From contig NC_068986.1 in NCBI RefSeq assembly GCF_001194135.2, positions 66,112,073 through 66,176,072 on the forward strand: 64,000 nucleotides of DNA, given 5' to 3'. Under the pieces are notes generated by a model. The model ran no database searches and was not told the origin of the DNA. It saw only the letters and a program-made list of their open reading frames with translations. The position numbers were made by a program, and so were the translations under genes. Positions within the stretch are counted from its first letter, which is position 1; each line of letters opens with the position of its first letter. Origin of the DNA: Octopus bimaculoides (Eukaryota). Below are positions 27,268 through 40,094 of this stretch, piece by piece.

Positions 27268-27676
27268 TAGGCGTAGGAGTGGTTGTGTGGTAAGTAGCTT
27301 GCTTACAAACCACATGGTTCCGGGTTCAGTCCCACTGCATGGCATCTTGGGCAAGTGTCTTCTACTATAGCCTCGGCCCGACCAAAGCTTTGTGAGTGGA
27401 TTTGGTAGACAGAAACTGAAAGAAGCCTGTCGTATATGTGTATATAAATATGTATGTGTGTATGTGTTTGTATGTCTGTGTTTGTCCCCCCAACATCGCT
27501 TGATAACCGATGCTGGTGTGTTTATGTCCCCGTAACTTAGCGGTTCGGCAAAAGAGACCGATAGCATAAGTACTAGGCTTCCAAAGAATAAGTCCTGGGG
27601 TCGATTTGCTTGACTAAAGGCGGTGCTCCAGCATGGCCACAGTCAAAAGACTGAAACAAGTAAAAGAGTAAAAGAG
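27268..27676 (+). mobile_element. SINE family A, full length (other copies at about 5135-5532, 24845-25250, 26351-26724, 30438-30815, 30820-31035 on plus; 6610-6760, 12130-12340, 50515-50600 on minus)
   Basis: High similarity to 26351-26724 and to the reverse complement of 56085-56473. Confidence 0.85.
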
Positions 27677-27724
27677 TTTGATTTTAAGATTTCCATTTCA
27701 ACTCAGAACTTTAAGATGACCTAC

Positions 27725-27956
27725 CTCTCACAATATTGTCCAGTGGTAAACTCTCGGCAGTTAATGCAGTGGCCATCATCATTATTACAAGTCTCTGCCA
27801 TACCATTACATTGGCATTTTCGACAGTTAGGGAAGTTCCAGTGACCTTCAATGCATCTGTCACAAGTGCGGCCTTCAACATTTGGTGCACATAAACAATG
27901 ACCTGACTGAGGGTTACAAAAGTTGTTCCTTGACCCTTGAGGATCACAGTTACAGG
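27725..27956 (-). CDS. LAMB1: Laminin beta exon 12 of window (LE7-LE8)
   Basis: TTTCAG|CC TGT ... GAG AG|GTAGGT, phase 1 to 2. Encodes (P)CNCDPQGSRNNFCNPQSGHCLCAPNVEGRTCDRCIEGHWNFPNCRKCQCNGMAETCNNDDGHCINCREFTTGQYCE. Confidence 0.95.
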
Positions 27957-29781
27957 CTGAAAAAAGTGGATATTAAGTGGTCATTTAATTTTATACAAAA
28001 TAGTGCGGTTATTTCATGTTGCTGATAATAATTGGTTTGAAATCATAGCTCTCGTCATTGCGTGTGTGTGTGTGTCTACATGTATGTGCATGTGTGGTTT
28101 GAAGTATCAGAAATGTTTTTTTTCATAGTTTGAAACCAAAACATGATTCATGTGTACTACAGTATAAATGTAGCTGCTATAGTATCTTAACAGGCAGACA
28201 GATGTTAAATAGTTCTATAATAAAATGGGTCAGGTTAGGTAGGAGCATGCACCATTGCAGTGCCTTGATGCATCCACCATTTGCTAGTATTTGTTCAAGT
28301 CATCCCAGGCAAAATTCCAAGCAATGTCCCAGAGGGCCCTCATCTCAATGAGATGATCCTCAGAGAAGAGAACACAGTACACAGGATCCAACTTGGAAAA
28401 TCAAGCAGCACAACCAAACAATTTCAGCTGACACTCTTGTATCACCCAAGTAACAGAACGCATTCCAGTTTCTGAATATAGTTATGTGTCCAATACAACT
28501 AGGAATCAATGCTAAAAAGAATTTTCTACACTAAAAACTACCCCTTCCAAAAATGGAATGCAATTATCAAAATCTGAATATCTGTCTAAATTATGTTGGT
28601 TGCATTTGACTAGACAGAACAGTCAAATTTTGACAAATTTGACAAATTTTCTCGTTGCTCAATAATGAAAATAACGTATTTCCCCAAGCATTTATATGTA
28701 TATATGATAGACATGTCTTCTAAATAAAAATGGGTTTAGCTTTCTTTATAGACAACAAACATTATCAGGTGGGAAAGCAGACATACAGAAAGGAAAGTCA
28801 TGCTAACAAAGTTGTCAAAATGCTATCATCGATTTAAACAGCAACAAATACTAGCTATTTCAGAGGAAGAATTAACTGATACATATTTTATCAGCATCAG
28901 ACAAAATTTGAACTCAGAAACCTAAAGAGATATGTTAGAAATTGTTAAATCTGGCCCCCACTTTTTCCCACTGCTCCAAACAGTAGCAACCATATTACCA
29001 ACAAGTACAGAATAATGGAGGAAAATTTCATAAACACGATAGATTTTTAAAAAGAAAACATATTAGAAACTAGTCTCTAATAAAATGATAATAAAATAAT
29101 AACTAGTAAATAAAATCCATGAAATAAATTCAGGTGTTATGAAAGTCTAGTTCTTTTTACTGGTTTTTGTCATTGGGCTAACATTTATTAGGCTCTGCCT
29201 TCTTGAGGTATAATCTATTAATACAAATACAACCAGTACTTATTTTATCAACTGGTATTACAACTTTATCAGGATGAATAACAAAGTAGACCTACACGAG
29301 ATTTGAACTCATGATGCAACCAAAGATAACATATTAAACATTCTAACAATTCTAAGATTCACTTACCATAACAGTTTTGTGAAAATTTCGGTAATCTGAT
29401 GTTACTGGAGTTATCTCCCTTGTTTTTTTTTTTGTTTTTTTTTTGTTTTTTAACTTTAAGCTTCATTAAGGGGAGTATTTAGCTAGTAAATGTATAGATA
29501 GTTTCAGATAATCAAATATTTTGAACTTACTTTATAAAGAAGACTAAGTGTAAGTTTTTAAATTTTAATCTACAGTTAAATATGTCTATAAACAAAAGGC
29601 TAATAAAAAAGAAAAGGCAAAATGAACAAAACGCTTTCATTAACACAAAACGAAATTTCCAAAGGTAAAAAAATAATTTTAATTAAGAAATAAACAACAC
29701 GAAAGTAAAATTTGAACGGTGTAAGGGAAGTAAGTGATTGCGTATCATGGCATATACAAGGGAAATAATTTATACACTTAC

Positions 29782-29925
29782 GTGAGCAACCGTCGGGTCC
29801 GAAGTTGTAGGTTCCAGGGGCGCATTGATCACATCTACGACCAACAACGTTTTCTTTACAGTGACAATGACCACCAAGGTCATCACATTCGGCAGTTTTC
29901 GATCCAGTAAGATCACAGTCACATT
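29782..29925 (-). CDS. LAMB1: Laminin beta exon 11 of window (LE6)
   Basis: TTTTAG|AA TGT ... TCA C|GTAAGT, phase 1 to 1. Encodes (K)[47 protein letters not shown]. Confidence 0.95.
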
Positions 29926-31265
29926 CTAAAAGAGAAAATGAGTTTAAAACAGATTGAGCAAATGAAGTTATTCAAAACAATTTTGTCATCCACAGTAACC
30001 TTATATCACTAAAAACAAAAGGACTAACGCTAAATCACATATTACGATAATGAAGTTTCGTTTTTATCATATGGAGAAGTCTTCAATGGAAATAAGATTA
30101 ATATTGCAAAAGCCCTAAAGGTTATATGAGCGATGACAATTATCTTCAACTTGATGGCATGAAACTGACAAGAGGTTCGTGCATACAATGTAATCTCAAA
30201 TATAACGTAACTAGATATACATTTTTCCTTTTTATATACGTATAATACTATGGCCTCAGTTCTGACCTTGTATTAAATTTCTTGCATTATACACAAACAA
30301 TGATATTAATCTCTCTCCCTTCCCCCCAGTGTGTGTGTGTGTTTGTGGATGGTAAGATGCAAGTAACATTCTAAGATGACCTGACTTTCTAATCACAACA
30401 GTTTGGTGAAAATAAAAGTGTCCTGCTCATGAACAATGTGCAGGCATGGCTTTAGGTACAGGCATGGCTTTAGGTACAGGCGTGGTTGTGTTACAAAAAG
30501 TTTGCTTCTCAACCACAGTTTCAGGTTCATGTCTTCTACTATAGCCTTGGGCTGACCAAAGCCTTATGAGTGGATTTGGTAGATGGAAACTGAGAGAAGC
30601 CCATATATATATATATAAATGAATGTATATCTATGTATGTGTGTCCGTGTTTGTCCCTCTATCACTGCTTGACAACCAGTGTTGGTGTGTTTGCATCCCC
30701 ATAATTTAGCAGGTCGCCAAAAGTTACTGATATAAGTACCAGGCTTTAAAAAATAGTACTGGGGTCAATTCATTCAACTAAAAATTCAAGGTGTCACCCC
30801 AGCAAGTAAAAGATAAAGATATATGTGTGTTTGTGTGTGTCTGCAATTGTCCCCCCAACCACTGCTTGACAAATGATGTGTTTACATCCCCATAACCCAG
30901 CAGCTCAGCAAAAGAGACTGATAGAATAAGTACTAGGCTTGAAAAAAATAAGTCTTTGTGGAGGGGTGATTTGTTTGACTAAAACCCTTCATGGCAGTGC
31001 TCCAGCATGGCTACAATCAAGTGACTGAAACAAATAAATGGTAGATTAGAACTAACAAATTCAGTATTCATCCACTTCAGGTCATTATTTTATGAATTTG
31101 TTGAGACATGATGGAAATTTGACGGCTACAATGAGCAACAACGAGAGAATCTTTTTTTTTTCCACCTTTTAAACAGGTGATGAAATAAAAATTGAATTCT
31201 TTTTTTGTTTCCTTAAGTGTTTTCTAACTTATTACTGTTGTTGTTGTTGTTGTTGTTGTTGCTGA

Positions 31266-32025
31266 AGAAGACAGTGAGCTGGCTGAATCATTAGCACACC
31301 GGGCGAAATGCTTAGCAGTATTTCGTCTGCTGCTACATTCTGAGTTCAAATTCTGCCAAGGTTGACTTTGCCCTTCATTGTTTCGGGGTCAATAAAATAA
31401 GTACCAGTTGAACTCTGAGGTCGATGCAATCAACTTAACTCCTCCCCCAAAACTGCTACCCTTGTGGCAAAATTTGGAACCATTATTATTGTTGTTGTTG
31501 TTGTCGAAGGTGGCGAGCTGGCAGGATCATTAGCATGCTGGACAAAATGCTTAGCAATATTTCACCCATCACTACATTCTGAGTTCAAATTCCACCAAGG
31601 TTGACTTTGCCTTTCATCCTTTCAGGGATCGATAATTAAAGTACCAGTGAAACACTGAGGTCAATATAATCAACTAGTGCCCTCCTCCACAATTTCAGGC
31701 CCTGTGCCTGTAGTAGAAAGGATTATTATTATTATTATTATTGTTGCTATTATAATTAACATGCCAGGCAAAATGCTCAGTAGTATTTTATTCATCTTTA
31801 TGTTCTGATTTTAAATTGTTCCTGCTATAGGCATAAAGCCTGAAATTTTAGGGCTGGAGTCTAGTTGATTACATCAACCTCAGTGCACTACTGGTACTTT
31901 TTTTTTAACACCTAAAGGATGAAATGCAAAGTTGACCTTGGTGGAAACTCAGAACATGAAGACAGATGAAATGCTGCTAAGCTTTTTGCCTAGTATGCTA
32001 ATGATTCTGCCAACTTGACACCTAA
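31266..32025. mobile_element. Cluster of SINE family C copies: two full and one partial on plus, one full on minus
   Basis: Unit gaagg(t/c)ggcgagctggcagaatcattagca...tacgttctgagttcaaattc...gactttgcctttcatcc...aagtaccag...(att/gtt)n. Other copies at about 1306-1520, 11140-11395, 12340-12494 (minus), 29200-29390 (minus) and 45975-46180. Confidence 0.75.
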
Positions 32026-32082
32026 CTGTTATCTAAATAAGATCATTTTGAAGTAAGAGTTAATGCAAAAAAGACTACGTAC

Positions 32083-32272
32083 TTATAGCCTGAAGATGTA
32101 AAACTGATGAAATACTGAAGAACAGTGATTTACAGATATCTGGAATTTCAGGTTGAACTGCAGGATATTGAGTTTCAGCACAACGGTACCGAATATATTC
32201 ATTCTTCAAATAAGAAGGTAGCCGAGGTCCTTGGAAAATGGGAATGCTCTTTGTGCTGGGAATGAGCACCAC
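32083..32272 (-). CDS. LAMB1: Laminin beta exon 10 of window (end of domain IV-B)
   Basis: ATCTAG|GTG GTG ... ATA A|GTACGT, phase 0 to 1. Encodes VVLIPSTKSIPIFQGPRLPSYLKNEYIRYRCAETQYPAVQPEIPDICKSLFFSISSVLHLQAI. Confidence 0.9.
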
Positions 32273-32321
32273 CTAGATAGGAAATAAAAAAGTAAAGTAA
32301 AAATGATTTCTTTATCAAACA

Positions 32322-32546
32322 CAGTGGCTCACAACTGGGGTCTATATAAGATTTTGTTGTTAAAAATTATGTGCAATAAATTTGTTATACTTCTACAAAA
32401 TATTTGAATTTTCTATACAATTCCTAGGATTATTTCATTATAAAAGAATAAAATTTTTAGACATTAAATGGTCGCAAGGGTCCATCTGAGAGAAATTTTA
32501 ATCAAAGGAGTCTAATAGACAAAAAAAAAATGGTTGAGAACCACTG
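32322..32546. mobile_element. hAT (Charlie-type) MITE; a partial inverted copy lies at about 14720-14913
   Basis: TIRs CAGTGGCTCACAAC / GGTTGAGAACCACTG, with 8-bp flanks ATCAAACA / ATCTAGCA (6 of 8 match, resembling the NTCTAGAN target). Confidence 0.7.
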
Positions 32547-32800
32547 ATCTAGCATAAGCATAGATAACAAAAGAAAAGAAGAAGGGCAAAAAAGAAAAAA
32601 AAAAAGAGAAGCTGCACGTATAACACATAACGTAGAAACAGCGCCACAGATGTACCAACACACACGAGATTGAAACATAGCAGACCTCAAGCACTTCTCA
32701 TGAGGAATTCCGGAAGAAGCTTTGTGAGACCACTACTGAGACGCTTCCGAAAAAAGAAAACCGTTGGAAAACAGTTTATAGCAGAGACTCCAGCTAAGAA

Positions 32801-32836
32801 GATCTGAAGAAGGAATTGTAATTCCGAAATATCATC
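32801..32836 (+). ncRNA. Minimal type I hammerhead ribozyme motif (Penelope-LTR type)
   Basis: GAT-CTGAAGA-A-GGAAT-TGTA-ATTCC-GAAA-TA-TC-ATC. It has the CUGANGA and GAAA cores, a 5-bp stem II, stem I GAT/ATC, palindromic stem III ATAT and cleavage triplet AUC. Confidence 0.7.
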
Positions 32837-33867
32837 GGACTATAAATAACCAAATTACAACAGGTATATAGTCCATTTTTTGTTTTATAGTGCATTGTTG
32901 TACCATTCTAAACTGTTATTCTTTAATAAGAAATATATATTTCATTATTTAATATTGTTTCTTCATTAATAGAAAAATATAAAATGACCAATGAACAATG
33001 TAGAAGACCTGCATAAGTTATAGGTGCAGCCTTCAGCTCGAAACTAAATGATACAAAAAGCTAGTAGAAATAGCTGCTAAATCTCCTTCATATCACATCC
33101 TACTGCCCTAATGAAAGGAGGATACGTTCAATAATATAGTTACCCCTTGATATAGGAAACATGATGATCATGACTGGCATACTTCTGAGTATAAATTTGC
33201 TTAATTAGGGTTTACTTGAGACTAAACAACAACATTCATAAAGAAAAACGTTTGTTACAAGCAGAAGCGTAGCATTAGGGAGCAAAGGGACAATGTTGTT
33301 ATTCAGACCAAGATCAATACTGAACAAGCAGACATATAGCATTTTTTTTGGNNNNNNNNNNNNNNNNNNNNNNNNGGGGGGGGGGGGACATTGAAGTTAG
33401 GACATATAATCTATGACTCTCCAGCATTTGATAAGGACAACAACAAATAGATATATCTTAAAAGGAATAAGACATAATAATAACTAAGTGACTAAACTAA
33501 TGTACTGTTATATCCTTTGATATTTGAATTTAAGAAAAGTCAAAATCACGTCATCTGGTAGTTTCAGCACTAGAGATGGCAGGGATTTATCTCCCTGTTA
33601 ACAATAGAAACAAGAGTGTATTTTGCACCAAAAGCCAATATGAGAGTTTCTTTCATGAATTTGTTCTAAGAGAACATCCATATCTAAGTGGGGATAAATA
33701 TTAAATAAATATTACTAGGATGCAATTCTTTTTTTTATGTTTTTAATATTCGTTTTATGATGCTGAAATAAGTTGGATGGTTCTGAAGAGTTATACAGTT
33801 ACACGTGAATTCATCTTTATAGCAGTGTTCTTTTGGATGCCAACAACCATCCTGCTACTTTTTTATA

Positions 33868-36020
33868 TTAAGATGAAGACAGGGAAAGCACCTGACCCAT
33901 CAGGAATCAGTGCTGGGATGCTTAAAATATTGGGTGTTGTAGGTTATGGTCTTGTCACCCGCATCATAAATCAGGTAGATTATGAAGGAGTCATACCCAA
34001 CGACTGATGTAGCAACACCATAGTCAACAGCTACAAGGAGAAAGGTGATGCTTTTGATAGAACTAACTACAGGGGTCTCAAATTACTGAATCAGGTAATG
34101 AAAGTTACAGAGGGTCATAGCCCAACTAATTAGGGAGAGAGTTAGCCTAGATGAGATGGAGTTCAGTTTTGTGCCAGGTAGAAGCACCACTAATGCTATA
34201 TTTCTGGTAAGGCAACTACAGGAGAAATACCTACCCAAAGAAACCTTTGTACTTGGCTTTTGTTAACTTGAGAAAGCCTTTGACAGGGTCCCCCCGATTC
34301 CTTATCTGGTGGTCAATACGGTAACTGGGGATAGTGGCTGGTAAGAGCTGTGCAAGCTCTCTACAGGGACACTGTTAGTAAGGTGAGGGTTGGAAAAGAA
34401 TTCCAAGTAGAAGTAGGAGTTCACCAAGGATCAGTCCTCAGCCCCCTCTTATTCATTATTGTCCTCCAGGCAATAACAGAGGAATTCAAGACAGGCTGCC
34501 CCTGGAAGCTCCTCTATGATTGATGACCTTGCTCTAATAGCTGTGTCACTGCCAGAACTAGAGATAAAGTTTAGGATGTGGAAACAAGGTCTAGAATCGA
34601 AGGGCCTTAGGGTTAACCTAACCAAAACCAAAGTCTTAGTAAGTAGGAAGGCTATCAAATCACAACCCACTTCAGGTAGATGGCCCTGCTTGATCTGTAG
34701 AAAAGACATGGGTAGAAACTCCATACGATATACCCGGTGTAAGCTATGGACACATAAAAGGTGCAGCAATATCAAAGGAAGGTTAACCGGGAAAATAGTT
34801 TTTGTGTGTGGCAGATACACTGGGGCAATCGACACTGAAGATGTATAGAAAACAGATTCCATCACATGCCAGGGGAAGAAACTAGAAGTAGTTAATAGCT
34901 TCTGCTACCTAGGTGACCAAGTCTGTAGTGGGAGTGGCTGCTCTGAGAGTGTAGTGACTAGGGTAAGAATAGCCTGGGCAAAGTTCAGGGAGCTCCTATC
35001 TCTGCTGGCAACTAAGGGCCTCTCGCTCACGGTGAAAGGTAGACTGTATGATGCATGTGTGTGAACTGCCATACTACATAGTGGTGAAACATGGGTCATG
35101 AATGCTGAGGATATGTGGAGGCTTGAAAGAAGTGAAACGAGTATGATCCACTGGATGTTTAATGTCAGTGTGCATACACGACAAAGTGTAAGTGCCCTGA
35201 GAGAAAAGTCGGGCATAAGAAGCATCAAATGTGGTGTGCAAGAGAGACAACTGTACTTGTATGGCCACGTGTTACATATGAATGAAGACAGTTGTGTGAG
35301 GAAGTGCCACTCCCTAACTGTAGAAGGAACCTGTGGAAGAGGTAGACCCAAGAAGACATAGGATGAGGTGGTGAAGTATGACTTTTGTACATTGGGCCTC
35401 ACAGAGGCAATGACAGGAGACCTGGACCTTTGGAGATACACTGTGATTGAGAAGACCCAGCAACTAAAGTGAGATCGCAGCCATGCACATCCAGCCCTGT
35501 TAAGAATACTCCTGATGCGTNNNNNNNNNNCATCCAGCCCTGTTAAGAATACTCCTGATGCGTCAGGCAATATGATATGCTTGAGAAGACCTGTTGAGTC
35601 AAGTAAAACCAATATTGTAGCTGGGGCAGGTACCCCCTGACTGGCTCCCATGCTGATGGCATGTAAAAAGCACCATCCGAACGTGTTCGTAACCAAGCCT
35701 GCCTTACTGTGGTACATAAAAACCACCAACCGATCATGACTGATGCCAGTACCCACTAACTAGTTCTTGTGCCAGTGGCAAATAAAAAGCACCATCCAAA
35801 TGTGATCGTTGCCATGCCCGCCTTACAGGCCCCTGTACCGGTGGCATATAAAAAGCACTCACTGCACTCTTGGAGTGGTTGACGTTAGGAAGGGCATCCA
35901 GCTGTAGAAACTCTGCCAGACCAGATTGGCACCTGGTGCAGCCACTGGCTCTCCAGACCTCATGCAAACCGTCCAACCCATGCCAGCCATAGAAAACGGA
36001 CATTAATCGATGATGATGAT
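33868..36020 (+). mobile_element. 5'-truncated, decayed RTE-clade LINE (RT, PHD-like insert, C-terminus, 3' UTR, (GAT)n tail)
   Basis: Peptides MKTGKAPDPSG, NYRGLKLL, GVHQGSVLSPLLF, DDLALIA...GLRVNLTKTKVLVS, LEVVNSFCYLGD and GRGRPKKT are present with frameshifts and stops. The element ends in gatgatgatgat. Confidence 0.9.
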
Positions 36021-36836
36021 AAACAGTGTGGCCATAGTATGACTGACCAGTAATGTGTCAGCCACTTACATTTCCTAGTATCCTAATAGAGAGGAGATGG
36101 CTAACATAGTATTCAGTTCATAAACACATTAAGAATGGTGTTTCAATACCTTGACTAACAGTATTAATCAATTAGAACCATCAAGGATTTTTTTTCCAAT
36201 CAGTTATTACAATTAATAAATAAGCTATCAACTTAGCCAGTTAGCCAATAAATAGTCAATTAGACCAGCTATTTACTACTCAATTAACCAGGCACATTAA
36301 TGACAATATAACATTACATTAGAATAACTGTCAACATTTTTTGAAGATAAAACTACAAAAAAAAAAAGAAAAAATATTTTGACAATACAATATTGTGTTT
36401 ATCGTTCTCAATAAAAAGCGATTGCCTGCTTGTTGCTGTCAGTGTTATTCTCTCCATAAATGGTATCCTCGAGTCACCTTATCAGTTCTAATATTGCAAA
36501 ATTTACAAAAGTTTTAACTTTATACAGGCACCTAACCTGCTGAAAAAAATAGCAACCGAAAAGGAAGAATACATCAGGTAACATTATCTTTGAAAACCTC
36601 AAAAAACAAAGTTATAGCTGCAAAGTTTTGAACACAAATTCGCTTAATTCTAGTTTCATACATTTGACTTGAAGTTTAACAAGAATATCTTTTCCTAGGA
36701 AAAAAAATGAAAAAGGTATGTAGCTACTACATAATAATAGAAATATTGGTTCCTCTTGATAAGTTTAATAAAAATTTTACCTTTAGATAGCACCTGAGGG
36801 AGAGAAAGTAGAGAGCATAAAAAAACTATCACTTAC

Positions 36837-36964
36837 TGAATCAATAAGAGCAGATGCACGAGGTGTTGGTCTTCCACTCCTATAACGGTTGAATATCAAC
36901 TTGAGAGTGTAGGTAACTCCTTTCTCAAGACATGATGGAGGCCGGACAACAGTATAGTGTGAAT
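36837..36964 (-). CDS. LAMB1: Laminin beta exon 9 of window (domain IV-B)
   Basis: TTACAG|AT TCA ... GAT TCA|GTAAGT, phase 1 to 0. Encodes (D)SHYTVVRPPSCLEKGVTYTLKLIFNRYRSGRPTPRASALIDS. Confidence 0.92.
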
Positions 36965-38697
36965 CTGTAAAAATAGATAACATTTTATTTCAAGTTCTGC
37001 ACACAAAACAATAAAAATGTAAAATAGCACTGTACTGGAGACACTGCATGTGTTGTTATATTTTGATCAGTATTAAATTGATATTAATTTTAATTGATAT
37101 TAATTGTTGTTACTACTGAGGTTATTTGGGGGGAAGTGAGGGGTTGTTACTGAGACTGCAATCTAACTTTCATTGCATTTTGAATATATCAACATCTGAA
37201 TTGATTTAGCACTGGAGACATTAAAATACAAGCTAATACCAGAGTACATTATTTACATGAAAATCAACTGGAATTTTAACTGAGAAATTATGACCCTCCA
37301 CACACATGCACACTGGCATTTATACAAGGTATTTATGTTTAGCCCTTTAACATTCAAACCAGCCATATCCAGCCCAAATACTCTGTTTTATGTTGAAACC
37401 AACCAGATCGAGCTTCTCATACCTACCCTACAATGCCATTGTAAAAATAAACAATCACATCATCAAAGTCTCAAAGCTATGAGATAATGCATGATTGATT
37501 CTAAATGATGTGAATAAATAAGCATTACATTTGACAAATAATTTTATGAAGCCTTAAATGGCAAAAAAAGGGTTGCATGAATGCATATTTCAAACTGGCA
37601 AAAAAAACAAAGCATATCACTCTTCTTTCTTAAGGGAAATTTTATACTTATTTTCTTTTAATTAAGTATAAAAACTATAATTCTTAGTCTCTCACATGAT
37701 AAAATTTACAATTTCATTATCGCTAAGTGCCATAAAATATTCACTTTCCTTTGTATTAGGCATGAGCATGAATTTATTTGAGATTCCCACATTGTTGTTG
37801 TCAAACAAAAGTAGAAATGGAGGAAAACTGATGTATTTTTTGGTATCCAGAGCTACTTAGAGTATAACTTTCTTCTGTGCTATCTGGGACATCATTATCA
37901 TCATCTGATGATGAATGAAAGAAAGAAAGAAAACACTTCATTGTTGTATAAAACTTCCATCTGCAACTTGTGTCTCCTATGAATAAGGATTGCTTACGTT
38001 TTAGGCACATTTGACAAAGTAGACACTTGGGTATCAGTAGATGATAGCCATATCCATGTAAAGTTTTCAAGACATAAATTGATGCTTGCTGTTCTCTGAC
38101 GAGATATCAATTAGTGATGGCCATCATTTAAGGGCTAATAGTGATGTGAACTGAACTTTTCCCAACTGAACTTATATTTGGTCAACTTTTACTTGAATTA
38201 ATTTTCAAAATATAGTCAAGGAAATAATTATTGATAATCAACATTTCAAAAACTGTCAAAGCAATAAATAGAGTGTTTTCATACGCTACACAAATTCCAT
38301 TTATTCAATATTAAACAGTATTACAATTATATAAAGTAGATGCATCATGCACATCTGTAACTAGAAACAAATATATACTTCATCTGCATGAGACCATTGT
38401 CCTGAAATATTAGGATCTTGAAAGCATCCAGTCTAATGTAACTAAAAAAAACTCCACAGTAATCTGGCTACAGGAAATTTCAAAAGAAAATTTTCAGAAA
38501 TATCAAAATATTTTAGTTGAAGATGCTTCAAATAGTTAATACTACAATTTCAGTAAGTTTACATGACAAACTTGAGCCATTCAAACACTGAAGTTACTGA
38601 GAGCTATCACACAACTTCAATACTAATGAAAAATAAAATCAATTGACATTTTTAAAACAGTTATAAGAGATAAAAACAGAGAAATAAGAGACTCTAC

Positions 38698-38818
38698 CTG
38701 GAGCCAATGTTGTTGACTTGTAGTCATTTTGGGGATGAGTATTGGCACAAGGACCTGACTGATTTACTGGCCCAGGTCGGTCAATCACAACACGGATATC
38801 CTCCCACATCTCTGGCAT
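38698..38818 (-). CDS. LAMB1: Laminin beta exon 8 of window (domain IV-B)
   Basis: TGACAG|ATG CCA ... CCA G|GTAGAG, phase 0 to 1. Encodes MPEMWEDIRVVIDRPGPVNQSGPCANTHPQNDYKSTTLAP. Confidence 0.9.
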
Positions 38819-39314
38819 CTGTCAGAAGAAACAAAAAAAAGTTACAAAGGAAAAAAACAAAAAAAAATTTGGCTTTTCTTATATTCTAACACAATTTGAA
38901 ATGGTTCTCTAAGTCAAAGATAATGAATATTCACCTCCATATAATGATCCTTAATACAATTATAACTTTTGAGAAAATGAATTTCTTTCTAGCTCAGTAA
39001 GAATTTCATAATCTGAGGAAATCCAGAGAACCGACACACTAGAACCAACAACTAAATCTGCCATTGCTTCTTTTTCCATATATCAATGTACATTAATAAA
39101 CATGATTTCATCACTACTCAATAACCTAAAATTGTTTAGAACTACAGTTGCTCCTCCTCCAAATTACGTACAACCGTTTCTATACCTAACCATTATTTCA
39201 ATAACTTCCACAGTAATACATGTTCTTATATATATTAACCCTTCTTGTTCTGTGGACCAACCACAGCTACCAATTTTGGTACATATATTGTGATAAGATA
39301 AGCAATTAACATAC

Positions 39315-39473
39315 CAATGGGCTGTATCGAATGACAATATCATAGTCCATGGAAGCGGTCAAATTGGTGATAGTAAAGTCAATGGTATCACCTTCCAAGA
39401 TTTTCATAAAACCTGATCCAGTGAAGCTGATAGGTTGATCCGGATCTGGTTCCCTGATCACAACATGAGCATT
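39315..39473 (-). CDS. LAMB1: Laminin beta exon 7 of window (domain IV-B)
   Basis: TTTCAG|AAT GCT ... CCA TTG|GTATGT, phase 0 to 0. Encodes NAHVVIREPDPDQPISFTGSGFMKILEGDTIDFTITNLTASMDYDIVIRYSPL, with the YDIVIRY motif. Confidence 0.92.
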
Positions 39474-39624
39474 CTGAAAAATCAATCAATAATATAAATA
39501 ATTAACAAAAAATATGTAATAAAACTGAAAAAAGAAGTATCATCATTTAAAGCTTTCCATTTAATTTTTACATCAAAAATGATTTAAACCCAAACAGTTA
39601 ACATGAACGAAAATAAAGTCTTAC

Positions 39625-39840
39625 CCCTAAACCATGGCTAAATTCAGCTTCGAACCGCAAAATATCAAGGGACGGAGTGAAGTAAAGAGGCACTGGTCGA
39701 TCACACTTCCTGCCATAGATGTTAGGACGACATTTGCACTGACCAGTTGATTGGTCACAAGTCTCACTATAGGCACCACCAATATCACAATCACAGGGTT
39801 TGCATCCATTTATATCGTTGCTTAAGCCCCAGTATCCAGG
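39625..39840 (-). CDS. LAMB1: Laminin beta exon 6 of window (LE4-LE5, start of domain IV-B)
   Basis: TTGCAG|CCT GGA ... TTA GGG|GTAAGA, phase 0 to 0. Encodes PGYWGLSNDINGCKPCDCDIGGAYSETCDQSTGQCKCRPNIYGRKCDRPVPLYFTPSLDILRFEAEFSHGLG. Confidence 0.95.
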
Positions 39841-40094
39841 CTGCAATAAGAGATGGAAAATTAATTCACAACAGCTTAGCATTTGTCATTATTTTCAAAT
39901 TTCACAAATACGTAAATGAGTTAGTGATGGTAAACTCATTATGTATGCATAAAGAAGGGAAGAATAACAATGTGGTGAGTCAAACAAAATTTGTTAAATC
40001 AAGATCGATAACACTTCCTGTCAAGAAAGGCAAGAGAGACAACTCTGAAATCAAAATGACTGATACAGTGAAGAGTAAGCTTAATCTTTGGTAA

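Noticed and set aside
32077-32082. Alternative donor AC|GTAGTC four bases downstream of the exon-10 donor
   Set aside because: It would change the phase from 1 to 2 and break the frame with exon 11; A|GTACGT keeps it.
35488-35563. 33-bp direct repeat around a 10-N gap; likewise 40716-40758 versus 40769-40811, and the sequence flanking gap 18978-19926
   Set aside because: Duplications hugging scaffold gaps are most simply unmerged contig overlaps.
37801-38070. Acidic Ser/Asp ORF reminiscent of a piggyBac transposase N-terminus
   Set aside because: The resemblance is low-complexity only; no catalytic region or termini were found.
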